Under the pieces are notes generated by a model, which saw nothing but the letters and a program-made list of their open reading frames with translations, ran no database searches and had not been told where the DNA came from. Shown here in pieces: positions 26,119 through 37,430 of a stretch of DNA of 64,000 nucleotides. Position 1 is the stretch's first letter; each line of letters begins with the position of its first letter. The translations under genes and the position numbers were made by a program. Source of the DNA: Asterias rubens (lineage: Eukaryota); NCBI RefSeq assembly GCF_902459465.1, contig NC_047064.1, positions 18,476,001 to 18,540,000 of the forward strand. Reading direction: 5' to 3'.

Positions 26119-26302
26119 TAGGGTGGACCTTAAGTGTTTGACGTTACATAGTATGGTATCTTGTAACTGTTCAAACTCTTCAATAGAGCATGACTCTTGG
26201 AGTTGAGACTCAGTGTTTGTTATCTCATTTATTTATTAATATTATTATTGGTTTTTGTGGCGGGTAGGAAAACAAACATCAAACCTTTGAGCTAACTAAT
26301 TG

Positions 26303-26868
26303 CACCACGCTTACACTTGATCCGACAAGGGCAATCAAAGGAGGATCAGATCAGGCAAGGGCGATCAAAGGGCGGTCAACGCCTAGTAAAAACTTGATAA
26401 TGACCAGGATAAAAATTGACAGTGAGAGGACACTCAGCAAAGGAGGTCAAAGACAAAATGAAACACTTAAAGCGTCCTCAATACTTGCCATTTTGCGTTG
26501 ATGTCGATGTTGTAGTTGGGTCAAAACTAATGGCAGAAAAACTAATATGAAATGGAAAATATCTTTCATCTTTAAAAGGGGAAAAAACCCCAGAGAAGAA
26601 TGATAAAAATGCTTGTTCATGTAATGGAAAACTGGCAAACCGTGTGTAACACAACGACACTACACACACACCCACACGCACAGCCAAATTGAAATGGCGC
26701 GTCGCAATGAGCAAAACAATATGAAGATGAAATCGCGCACAATCAACATAGAGATATCAATGCGAGATCACACTCAAGTGTAAACGCGACACCTTAAGGC
26801 TTGATCTCCCTTTTGGGATCAGATCCTCCAATGATCCTTGTATGAGGATCAAGTGTAAACGCGGTGTT
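26303..26868. mobile_element. MITE in DA1 intron 1
   Basis: Imperfect TIRs ...TTACACTTGATCC / GGATCAAGTGTAAAC... Confidence 0.55.
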
Positions 26869-27364
26869 ATTCGATTTTTACTTAGCTTTTGAGAAATGTC
26901 AAAGTAAAGGATAGTACTATCTTTTGTTTTATGAGGCTAGATTTATCAATGTTTGCTTGTTGTAAGAACTCCCAAAATTTAGGAAGGAATTTAAGAAAGG
27001 TCAATTTTGGAAAAAGAAGGGGGGACTAGTTTTTTGATCAACTTTTTACAAAATTACAAGTAGGGGAACTTCATACTCATGACCAAAATAATAACTAAAC
27101 ACAAAATTAGGGATAATTTAATAAATAAGTTGAAAAATAAGTTGAAAAATTTTGTTCAAGTTGGTCGTAAAAAAAAAATTCCCATTTTGTTTTTCTTCTG
27201 AATATACTGTTTCCAATCACTCACTTCAAATCTTTGACTGTAGACCTTTTTTTCCCAGCAATATTAACTCTCATTCCCATTTCCACTCACAGGAAAACAC
27301 AGTTTTGTCTTCATTATAACACATTATTTTACTTGTAAAAAATTTGATAAATAATGATACTTAC

Positions 27365-27480
27365 AGTTTTTGGCTGTTGCGAAGGTCCAGTTGTCTTTAG
27401 GCCTGTGTCTTTAGAGAACACCCTTAGTGTAATTTGCAGACACCACTTTCAATGCGTCTAAGGCGTAGTCTAAAAACAGT
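27365..27480 (-). other. Putative non-coding first exon of DA1 (5' end approximate)
   Basis: Donor CT|GTAAGTAT; sequence homologous to the modules upstream of the other deaminases. Confidence 0.6.
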
Positions 27481-28665
27481 GTAGTGCGATGCGTTTAATT
27501 AATTATTCAACCTATCTGGAACCTTCAATGATACATGATCAGTGCGGTACAATGCCAAAACAGGAATCCAAATTCCTGTTCTGGCATCACACTTCCTATA
27601 AATCAGGAAACATTCATCATCCAGCAAAGTTGTCTCCAAATCAGGAAACGTACTGTGAGTTACCTGATCACTAGGGAGATGTTTGGTGTTTATTTCCAGA
27701 GTTGAGTTTTAGTATTGGGGAAGGATATTTACTTCGCAATGGTGGTATACCTAGCATGATATGTAGGTTGGTATATGGACGGCCAAATGTTCCATTTTGT
27801 TGAACAGACGCTAATGAAAAAGGTCAACATAGGGCCCTTTTGTTATTATATCTCAGTAACCTGACGGTCAATTGCTTAGTACAAATCAGTGAGGAATGGA
27901 CATCGACGTCATTTTTCTACAAAACTTCGACCAATGCAAAGTTCTTTTGACAACTTTAAAACAGCCGTTGCTAAAACGTATGTTTCACCATGGAGGTTTG
28001 ACATACTTCCGGGGTGTCAACTCTGAAACTAATCTAAAACGATAAATTCATGTACTCATTGAAAGGTTTAACTGGCAATACTTATATTAAAAGAATCAGC
28101 GGTGTATACATTATTTTTATCCAATTGAGTCCAAATTTTCACAGTTTTTTTTTTTAATGCAGTTTAGATACACCAAGTGAAAATACTGGTCTTTGACAAT
28201 ACCAAAGGTGTCAAGTGCCTTTAACAGCAAAATGGAAAGCATTAAGAAAACAAATCTTAGAGTACACAGCAAAGTGAAAAGCATATATAAAGAAAATAAA
28301 ACTTAGAGTATAATTTACATTAAACCCACCAAGAAAATTATATAAAAATAGGCCAGACCAGCTGTTACCTAAATGAATCCATTGAAAATTCTACAAACAA
28401 CTAAAAGGAAATGTATTTACTGCAAATCTATTGTTAAAAATTACAAATTACTTGATTCATCAAGTTTAATTTTTGGGTTGCACGTAAATTTCAACTTTTC
28501 TAAATCCATAATAATTTGTAAATCACTGGTGGCAGAGTGTGAACAGTAGAAAATGTAGTAATTGCAAAACCACTATAACTGTGTTGGGCAACTTAGTCAG
28601 CATAGTTTGGAACTCGCTTGTGAAAAATCAACGGTGCGAGAGGCCGTGGACAAAAGGAATGGTGG

Positions 28666-28693
28666 TATTGCAAAACAGCTGAGGGAAAGCCCC
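28666..28693 (-). promoter_or_regulatory. DA1 kB + C/EBP-like module
   Basis: Plus strand TATTGCAA ... GGGAAAGCCCC (minus strand GGGGCTTTCCC). Confidence 0.6.
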
Positions 28694-29944
28694 GAATTGA
28701 TCCCTGAAAACACGAAACTCAGATCCTTGAATGCTGCAGGAAATTAGCTGAGGATTATAATTCCCATTATTTTTGATCGTGTTTTCGTGGATTTGGCAAA
28801 TCTCAACGATACACACATAACATTGAACCACCATTATTATTATTATTGACAACAAATAAAAGCAAACATTATTGAATTAAATAGTAACTACAAAATTACA
28901 GAAAAAAAAACTAAATTAAAATACAATTTATAAATACCCCAGACAGTAACAAATATGTATTTATAAGTTGTACATGTTTGTTTGGTTGGAGGATTGGGAA
29001 GTTTTGTGAAAATTTGACATAATTTGTATGGCCTATAAGCTGGCTTTCACAAAGCATTAAGATTCATCTTAAAGGGTCTGGGTACTTTTTGTAAAACAAA
29101 ACACAATGTCCACGGATTTACATTAAACTTAAACAATTTGAAGATAGTGATAGTAGAAAGCTTACCTGAAAATATTACTTGCTGAGGTGCTGTGATTTTT
29201 GAGAAATGAGTCAAAACAATGCCATGAAAATACGTTTCACAAGCAACTTGTTTTACTCGTTTGTCAAAAACTACACCACCTCAGCAAGTAATATTTCAAG
29301 GAAAGGGCTCTTTCTACCATAATTTTCTTCAAACCGAGTAAGTTTGATGTAAATCTGTGTACATTGTGTTTTGTGTCCTACAAAAAGTGTCCAGACTCTT
29401 TACCCAGAATTGCCAATACCATCATTTGTATTGTGACATCACTCTTTGCTTGACATTTGTAGACTGATTTGCAGTGCTTCCAATCCAACTTGAAAACAGA
29501 GTTATATCAGATCGGGTGTGCAGTGGAATTTGGGAATAGAATGTAGCCCATAAAATTAACAAAATATACTGTTGAACCTTGTTTGTAGGACGTATACATG
29601 TACATGTAGGTAAAGTTACAAAAATTGAAATATTAAATATTTCAGTTATTTGTAAACAGCAAAATGGTGTTATAACATAAATGAAATGTACAGAGTATTA
29701 TAATATCATAATAATAATATAATAATAATAATAAAAACAGCATTTATGCAGCACCATATATCCAAAAAATCGCTCAAAGGCGCTGTACATTAAAAGGGCA
29801 AAAAACACTAAACATTATTAAAAGCAAAACAAAGCTAATACATAAGAAATTTATAAAACAAGGCAAAAACTTTAAAAAGTATAAAAAGGTACAATCATGT
29901 ACACATCACATCAAGAAATCCAGGAATGGTAATTTGTTTTTTTT

Positions 29945-30200
29945 ACCCATACCTTGACGTGTGTTAGCACTGTACACTCAGTACTTTCCCGAGTCCTGTG
30001 AATAAATATCACAGGCATATTACTCGGGTGGGATTCAAACCCACGACCCTTGCAATTCTAGAGCAGTGTCTTACCAACTATAATAGACTACCGAGATTGC
30101 CCGGTAGCTAGAGGCAGTTAGGCAGTATACAGTGCTAACACACATCGGTGTATGGCAAAAACCAAAGTTAATATTCTTTATCCCCGATGCAAATTTAACA
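29945..30200 (-). mobile_element. Second tRNA-derived SINE family (copies ~400-520, 11960-12090, 14725-14860, 15585-15690)
   Basis: Recurrent GAATCCCACCCGAGTAATATGCCTGTGA...ACAGAACTCGGGAAAGTACTG motif. Confidence 0.6.
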
Positions 30201-31039
30201 TCTATACCCTTTGTAGTCTGCTGTAGGCCTACTTGACTGGTCGCACCACAAATAGTCGCGACTTATTTTTAATTCTCAAGATGCATTGTGGCAATGTTTG
30301 CCGTTGGCACAATATAGTAAAATACAAGCTGAAAGGATTGAAGGGGATTGTGTCACTGATGTCTGATTGTCTTTTGTAAGTAAATTATGTTGTTTTGAAT
30401 ATTCGTGAGCGACACAATTGGTTCACCAAATGGGTAGTCAGGACAAGTTTGTTTGTAGTCGCAACTTTTTTTTGTAGTATTCGTGGCAGCACAATTAATG
30501 CCCCTTATTTTTGACCGCGCGAGGGCGCTATAAATAGTATTTTGATCACTTCCGGGGGTACACGCGATTCGCCCTGCACAAATTAATAGGCGTTCTGTCA
30601 CTTTTGTTGCGCCGTAGTTTCAATTTGCTTTAGAGGTGGATTATAACGGCTCCTTTAAAAGTCTTATTGTCTGTGATGGATTAGGTGTCTGTGGTTATAA
30701 TGTGTTCCAATCTTTAAAAACTGTTTTGGGTATGAATGAATATACCCCCGGAAGTGATTGAGAGCGCCCTCACGCGGTCAAAAATATGGCCCATTGAGTA
30801 GTTGGAAAACGGTAGTCGCGACTCAACTAATCAATCAATAGTTGGGATAAGGACACTAGTCGCACGAGGTGCCCAGGCCTAGTCTGCTGTGCGAGGCACA
30901 AAATGTTCCTTGTATGTCACCATAAACAAGGGGTTATTTGTAAATAGGTATAATAGGGAAAATGGTGAAGAGTGGTTTTGTTTGCATTTTGTTTATGTAG
31001 TTAAGAGAGTAGCTGGACATTTGGCTCTCTCATGGAAGT

Positions 31040-31350
31040 TGTTTCTGAGTTTCTTACATCCACCAAGGCTTAGCTTTGTAGGTTGGTTCTCTTGCCAACG
31101 GTGTCTGAGTGTATGGTGCTGTAGACCCGTAGTTAGGAGAGTAGCTTGTCATTTGGCTCCCTCTTGGAAGTTGTTTCTGGTTTACCCAGGGCCTTGGTTC
31201 TCTTGCCAACGGTGTCTGAGTGTATGGTGCTGTAGACCCATAGTTAGAAGAGTAGCTTGTCATTTGGCTCACTCTTGGAAGTTGTGTCTGGTTTACCCAT
31301 GGTTCGCTTGCCAACAGTGTCTGAGTGTATGGTGCGGCAGACCAAGGCCT
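31040..31350. repeat. 105-111-bp tandem repeats downstream of DA2
   Basis: Three to four units GTAGTTA(A/G)GAGAGTAGCT...GGTGTCTGAGTGTATGGTGC. Confidence 0.8.
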
Positions 31351-31418
31351 AGAAGTCTTGCTAAATGTTTGGGTTGGGGTTGATGGATAGTCATGCCTGA
31401 CTCGTTGCAATGTACATA

Positions 31419-32390
31419 CTAAGAATATAGTAGATCGAAACTCGATCGTCCAGACCCATTAGCCAGCCAGTATTCCTCAAAAGGTGTTAGTTTTAGGGTA
31501 TCATCAAGTATTTCATCCTGAACCTCGTCTTCGTCCTCGCTCACTTCTTCAGGCCAGTATTCCTCAAAATATTCTTCAGGCCAGTATTCCTCAAAATATT
31601 CTTCAGGCCAGTATTCCTCAAAATATTCTTCAGGCCAGTATTCCTCAAAATATTCTTCAGGCCAGTATTCCTCAAAATATTCTTCAGGCCAGTATTCCTC
31701 AAAATATTCTTCTTCTTCAAAGATATCATGAAGTATTTGATCATGCACCTCGTCTGCTTCCTTTCTCATGGTTATCCATTTAGGAAATCTTTCAATGTCC
31801 AAGTATTTGAGTGCCGTATTCAATGACTCATATCCTGGCTTAGATCGAACCTCTTCCTGCAATTTTTGCATTTTTTGTATGTGAATGTCCAGTAATGATG
31901 TTGTCACAGACTTCCAATTGCTATCACTCATGGTTGACAAGGTAATCCCCTCTTGATACTTTAACTTTCGGAGGCCGTCTCCATCCTTGTAGGTCATGGC
32001 ATAGTGGATGTTAAATATAACCAAAGGATGGTTGTTTATGAATTCTATGATCCGGTCAGCACAATCAACACATGGCGAGTAGTTGATGTAGAGGTCGTAT
32101 TCGGTTTTCTGCTGGCGCATGCGCATCTTGGAAAAGTAGTCTTCAAGTGATAAAGATTGATCGGCTGACTCTATTTCATCTAGGAATGCACACTCGACAT
32201 GTTGTGCTCTTCCGTTTATGTGCTTTGGTTTGCTGTGGTTAATCTCGTTCAGTCTGTTACTTTGAACTACAAGAATGGCCTCCTGTGGCCATTTATATCG
32301 ATCTGATTCCACATGACGCCAATCCCGTACGCCCGTTCTGATCATGATTTCAATGTCATCTTCACAACTGTGCGGACTGCTTCTTGCCAT
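31419..32390 (-). CDS. DA2: AID/APOBEC-like deaminase, 323 aa, with (EEYWPEEYF)-repeat tail
   Basis: QHVECAF ... LYINYSPCVDC ... HYAMTY. The ATG lies 10 nt after the acceptor ttacag|. Confidence 0.9.
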   Translation of the reverse strand: MARSSPHSCEDDIEIMIRTGVRDWRHVESDRYKWPQEAILVVQSNRLNEINHSKPKHINGRAQHVECAFLDEIESADQSLSLEDYFSKMRMRQQKTEYDLYINYSPCVDCADRIIEFINNHPLVIFNIHYAMTYKDGDGLRKLKYQEGITLSTMSDSNWKSVTTSLLDIHIQKMQKLQEEVRSKPGYESLNTALKYLDIERFPKWITMRKEADEVHDQILHDIFEEEEYFEEYWPEEYFEEYWPEEYFEEYWPEEYFEEYWPEEYFEEYWPEEYFEEYWPEEVSEDEDEVQDEILDDTLKLTPFEEYWLANGSGRSSFDLLYS

Positions 32391-32883
32391 GGTATAATTC
32401 CTGTAATAAGAACAGAAAGAATGCCAAAGTTTCAATGTTGAGAGCAATATTTTAGAACTACCTGCTTGAGATTGTATGCTGTTAGTGTAATTCGTTAGTC
32501 ATACTTCACAATAAAACTATTTCATTCACTTATCTTTAACTTAAGTTTCCCTTCTTCACAGTCATAACACTCCCCTCTCGTAGTTGCAAATATTTCAGAA
32601 ATTTTGTTTTAGCTTAAAAAAACAAACAAATAAAACCCAGCTCTTTATAGAAAGGTTAATGGGTGTGTAATGACTTCATACAATTGACTAAACCCAATAA
32701 AAATGGTTGCATAATGTAAAAAAAAAAATCATTTTCATCAGTGTTATTTTGGGCAAAAATTTTGAGTCTCATGAAAAGTCCCAGAGTCGCAAAGGAATGA
32801 AAACATCACTTTGACGTCAACCTTTGGACTTGAACTAAACAAAGCAATGGAAAATATAGTAACAAAGATAAACAATCTTCATC

Positions 32884-33205
32884 CTTGATAGTAACTATAA
32901 ATATAAATATCTCTGAAAAGAGCTGGTTTGGTCTCAACGTTTCTAACAGTATACTTTGCTCGTCTTCAGGAGAAGAGCAGAGTATACTGTTCGAAACGTC
33001 GAGACCAAACCGGCTCTTTTCAGAGCCAACACTCCATCAAAAGAGTTTTTACCCATGGTTGTAATAACAAATAATAATAATAAGACTCGTAATGCGCACA
33101 TATCCACCCTGCTTGTACCCGCAAGTTTACTATTAATTATTTATATTTATAGTTACTATTATTCTCCACACCATGCAAAGCTTCAAACACCATTTAATCT
33201 TCATC
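32884..33205. mobile_element. Second copy of the palindromic hammerhead mini-element, in DA2 intron 1
   Basis: Same arms and centre as 12320-12627; flanking repeat AATCTTCATCC; hammerhead (32932-32973) mutated; nested (ATA)n-GACTCGTAATGCGCACATATCCACCCTGC fragment with TTGTA duplication. Confidence 0.65.
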
Positions 33206-33878
33206 CACCTCAGAAAACACGTCACAAGTCCTTTTGTGCTGGCTTTCTGAGGCACTAGTACTTCAGTGTTTATTTATACTTTTCATTTAAATGGGCCTTT
33301 GCTGGGAACCGTGTAGGGTGCCACCAATGACGGTAAAAAAACAGTAGCTAAAAAGAGGAACAAATGGCTAGATTTTTTAAACAGTTCCAACACATTTACA
33401 GGGGAGAACACATCGCACTTCACGACCAAATGGTAACTAAGCACAAAATATACAAAAACAAATAGTCGACTTAGCTCCAGTGATTTTGTTTAAGATGTTC
33501 TTTGAAAAAATAATTGAGCAAGTTTTTTTTTACTAACAACTAAGGCTACTGTTTCCAAAAGTTCACTACAAATCTGTGACTGTAGACCTTTTTCAACAAT
33601 GATTCTGCTCCCTTTTTTGATACTTTTTGTTGCCATGACATGAATCCTTACTCACTGTGAATAAAGATGCACAAGTATGTTATGTAGTATTTACCTGTAG
33701 CAGTTTCAGCTTCATTAGTCGTCAAGTTTTTGAGAAAATCAAGGAGCCATGTTTTCAGGAGAGTAAGTTTATTGTAAATCTGTGGATAATGTGATTTTGT
33801 ATCCTTCAAGGAAAACACAGTTTTGTCTTCATTTTAACCCATACACATTGAACCAATAATGTGATAATATATACTTAC

Positions 33879-34015
33879 AGTCACTGACAGTTGTTGGTTG
33901 TTTTGAAAGTCCAGTTGGTCTTAGACGGCATAGATTTTTGCCTTTTGAGATCTTTTTAAGGACAGTCCGTTAGTGTAATTGCGGACAGTACTTTCAATAA
34001 ACCTGAGGCGTACAC
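33879..34015 (-). other. Putative proximal non-coding first exon of DA2
   Basis: Donor CT|GTAAGTAT; TATA-like CATAAATA at 34041-34048. Confidence 0.6.
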
Positions 34016-34849
34016 TGAAAACAGTGTTGTGCAACTCGGGTATTTATGTATTCAGCATTTCTGGAACTTTCTTTCACAAATCACTGGTGCATAGATTGTG
34101 GACAATAGAAAGTGCGGTGTTACAGAACTACTGAGGGAACGGTTCACCAAGTGCTTGAGAGGGCAGGTGTCACATGACTTATAGTGGGTATTCAATGTCA
34201 ACATACTGCTTGCAGAACGTTGTGATTGACATCGCAGCGAGAGTTTATAGGTCAACCAACAACCAATGAGACCGGGATGTTAGTAAACATTAGCATAATG
34301 AGCTCCGCCCTAAATTTTGGCAGTTACAGAACCATCAAGGCGCTACTTAGAAATACTCATGTACCGTACGTGTACCATGCAGATGGTAATGTGTATGTAC
34401 AGAGTATGGGTGTGTACATACGCTGTACACGTATTATATGCACTGTGTTATGTATGGGGGTGCGCTGGCGGAATTCAGTGATGGGGACTGGGATTTTGCA
34501 GGTCGCGGCTGGCTGTAGCGCATTGAACAAGGCTACAACATGGGTTGTTTTATGCTGGCTTTCTGAGGCACTAGTACTTCAGTGTTTATTTATACTTTTC
34601 ATTTTAATGGGCCTTTGCTGGGAAGGTGTGCCACCAATAATGGTAAAAATAATGGTAAAAATGTAGTTGCTCAAAAGAGGAACGAATGGCTAGATTTTCT
34701 AAACAATTCTCTAAACACATTTACAGGGGAGAAAACATCTCACTTTATGACCAAATGGTAACTAAACACAAAATAAACGAAAACAAATAGTCGACTTAGG
34801 GGCCATTCATAATAGTCAATGTTTAAAAATTTCGATTTGTTTTCGAAAT

Positions 34850-35475
34850 TGTTTGTAGGTACAATCAAAATGAAATTGGCAAGCACTAAAACTTTGTACA
34901 AAAGGACTCCAACATCAGTAGTTTATAGTTGTTCTTGGCAACAACTTTGTAGGTACAATCAAAATGAAATTGGCAAGCACTAAAACTTTGTACAAAAGGA
35001 CTCCAACATCAGTAGTTTATAGTTGTTCCTGGCAACAACTTTGTAGGTAGGTACAATCAAAATGAAATTGGCAAGCACTAAAACTTTGTACAAAAGGACT
35101 CCAACATCAGTAGTTTATAGTTGTTCCTGGCAACAACTTTGTAGGTACAATCAAAATGAAATTGGCAAGCACTAAAACTTTGTACAAAAGGACTCCAACA
35201 TCAGTAGTTTATAGTTGTTCCTGGCAACAACTTTGTAGGTACAATCAAAATGAAATTGGCAAGCACTAAAACTTTGTACAAAAGGACTCCAACATCAGTA
35301 GTTTATAGTTGTTTCTGGCAACAACTTTGTAGGTAGGTACAATCAAAATGAAATTGGCAAGCACTAAAACTTTGTACAAAAGGACTCCAACATCAGTAGT
35401 TAATAGTTGTTCCTGGCAACAACTTTGTAGGTACAATCAAAATGAAATTGGCAAGCACATAAAACTTTGTACAAC
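34850..35475. repeat. ~95-bp minisatellite, about 6.5 copies
   Basis: Unit TTTGTAGGTACAATCAAAATGAAATTGGCAAGCACTAAAAC... Confidence 0.9.
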
Positions 35476-35476
35476 A

Positions 35477-35805
35477 GTTTTTAGTTTGATAGTTTTTAGT
35501 TTGATAGTTTTTAGTTTGATAGTTTTTAGTTTGATAGTTTTTAGTTTGATAGTTTTTAGTTTGATAGTTTTTAGTTTGATAGTTTTTAGTTTGATAGTTT
35601 TTAGTTTGATAGTTTTTAGTTTGATAGTTTTTAGTTTGATAGTTTTTAGTTTGATAGTTTTTAGTTTGATAGTTTTTAGTTTGATAGTTTTTAGTTTGAT
35701 AGTTTTTAGTTTGATAGTTTTTAGTTTGATAGTTTTTAGTTTGATAGTTTTTAGTTTGATAGTTTTTAGTTTGATAGTTTTTAGTTTGATAGTTTTTAGT
35801 TTGAT
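35477..35805. repeat. 15-bp perfect tandem repeat (AGTTTTTAGTTTGAT) x~22
   Basis: Directly visible; produces the spurious VFSLI ORF. Confidence 0.95.
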
Positions 35806-36450
35806 ATGTCCCTTAAGACCCTTACATGACCCATTTTTAATTGTTCAGTGACGGCGAACAGACCTGCTTTGAGCCAGACGATGATCTGGACCAGCATGGT
35901 ATTTTATTTCCTTTTTGTTTTTACCATGTTGTGAAAAAAAAAAAAAAGAATTTCGATTTTCAGTTATTTCTTTTGACCCACCCACCCACAATTTCGAAAA
36001 AATATCAATTTTTGTTTTCATTGACTATTATGAATGGCACCTGTTTAAAATGTTCTTTAAAAAAAATAATTGAGCAATTTTTTTTTTACTAAGGCTACTG
36101 TTTCCAAAAGTTCACTACAAATCTGTGACTGTAAACCTTTTTCCACAATGATTGTGCTCCCTTTTTTGGATACTTTTTTTTCCATGGCATGAATCCTTGC
36201 TCACTGTGAATGAAGATGCACAAGTACAGTGTATGTAGTATAATACCTGTAGCCGTTTCAGTTTCATTAGTCGTCAAGTTTTTGAGAAAATCACAGAGCC
36301 ATGTTTTCAGGAGAGTAAGTTTATTGTAAATCTGTGGATAATGTGATGTTGTATCCTACAAAAAGTACCCAAACCCTTTACAAGGAAAACACAGTTTTGT
36401 CTTCATTTTAACCCATACACATTGAACCAAATGTGATAATAAATACTAAC

Positions 36451-36580
36451 AGTCACTGACAGTTGTTGGTTGTTTTGAAAGTCTAGTTGGTCTTAGACGG
36501 CACAGGTTTTTGCCTTTTGAGATCCTGGCAAGGACAGTCCCTTAGTGTGACAGCACTTTCAATAAATCTAAGGTGTAAAC
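36451..36580 (-). other. Duplicated distal first exon of DA2
   Basis: Near-copy of 33879-34015 with donor CT|GTTAGTAT; no CDS between it and DA2. Confidence 0.55.
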
Positions 36581-36635
36581 TGAAAACAAAGTTGGGCAAC
36601 TTAGATATTTATTTAGCATTTCTGGAACTTTTTGG

Positions 36636-36663
36636 TATTGCAAAGCCACCATGGGAAATCCCC
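36636..36663 (-). promoter_or_regulatory. DA2 distal kB + C/EBP-like module
   Basis: TATTGCAA ... GGGAAATCCCC. Confidence 0.65.
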
Positions 36664-37028
36664 AAACTGACTTTTTCCCCCTAGCTGTCATAAAAACGTA
36701 TACTCACACACACACATGCAGAGTATAGCAAAAGTCATGCAACGCACTTACTGCATGCATCGTACACTGCATGCACAACACTGATTATTATTCATGAGCC
36801 ACCGCAACGCAGCCTCTGATTGGCTCCACCGGAAAGTCGGGGGAGATTTGCCGAAAAACAATAAAAAAGTTAAGACCCGTCGTTGCAAATAACCAAGACC
36901 ATGGTGAGATCTAAATCAGAGAAACAGAGCGCCCGCTAGCGTTCGTTCATTACAAGCGTGTACAGTTTTTGCCGTGCATAATCGGAACGTTGGTTGTGTG
37001 TGACCGCGCCATGTTACCGCTGTGTGAC

Positions 37029-37094
37029 TGCTGCCATGTTACACTGAAAGGACTCTGTATATATACAGAGTCCTTTCAGTGTAACATGGCAGCA
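37029..37094. repeat. Perfect 66-bp spacer-less palindrome
   Basis: TGCTGCCATGTTACACTGAAAGGACTCTGTATA|TATACAGAGTCCTTTCAGTGTAACATGGCAGCA. Confidence 0.9.
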
Positions 37095-37199
37095 AAATTT
37101 TATTTAAAAAATATATATATTTCTACGGATCAGTTAAGGATATAACAACAAATTAACAACAAATATAACGACAAATTGTGGTCAAGCCAGTCCCTTCCC

Positions 37200-37430
37200 T
37201 TCACCCCCCCTTTTTGTCCCCCTATTCATTGTTTACCCCCTGCTTTTTTCTGTATGCTTTCTAACCCCATTCATGTATTTCCACTTCACTGCTTATGTTT
37301 CACTTAGTTACCTGTTCATGTTTGTTGTGTTGTCATTTAGCCTTCGAGAAAGACTCTGCTAGGGTCGAAACGTCAGGCCATAACTATTTTTTGCATTTAT
37401 ACTCTCGGTCCAATTGGTTGGTAAGTTGTT
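37200..37430 (+). mobile_element. Penelope pseudo-LTR remnant with hammerhead-like variant
   Basis: GCCT-TCGAGAA-AGACTC-TGCTA-GGGTC-GAAA-CGTC-AGGC at 37340-37378, within a pyrimidine-rich tract like the Penelope 3' region. Confidence 0.45.

Larger units (their letters stand above)
23190..26235 (-). mobile_element. Penelope-like retroelement, 5'-truncated, in intron 1 of DA1
   Basis: RT + GIY-YIG ORF, a 3' non-coding pseudo-LTR with a hammerhead motif, and both junctions in ATTT-rich tracts. The frame stays open ~38 codons upstream of the first Met, up to the 5' junction. Confidence 0.9.
34798..36040. mobile_element. TIR element carrying internal minisatellites
   Basis: GGGGCCATTCATAATAGTCAA ... 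TTGACTATTATGAATGGCACC; interrupts a duplicate of 33230-34100. Confidence 0.65.

Noticed and set aside
34850-35805. CRISPR-like appearance of regular repeats (also 52545-53372)
   Set aside because: Units are head-to-tail with no unique spacers, there are no cas genes, and the context is eukaryotic.
35348-35851. 167-aa VFSLI-repeat ORF
   Set aside because: Artefact of a stop-free 15-bp satellite inside a TIR element.
36619-36628. TTCTGGAA as a STAT site in several promoters
   Set aside because: Two-base spacer does not fit TTCN3GAA, and the motif is not kept in all copies.
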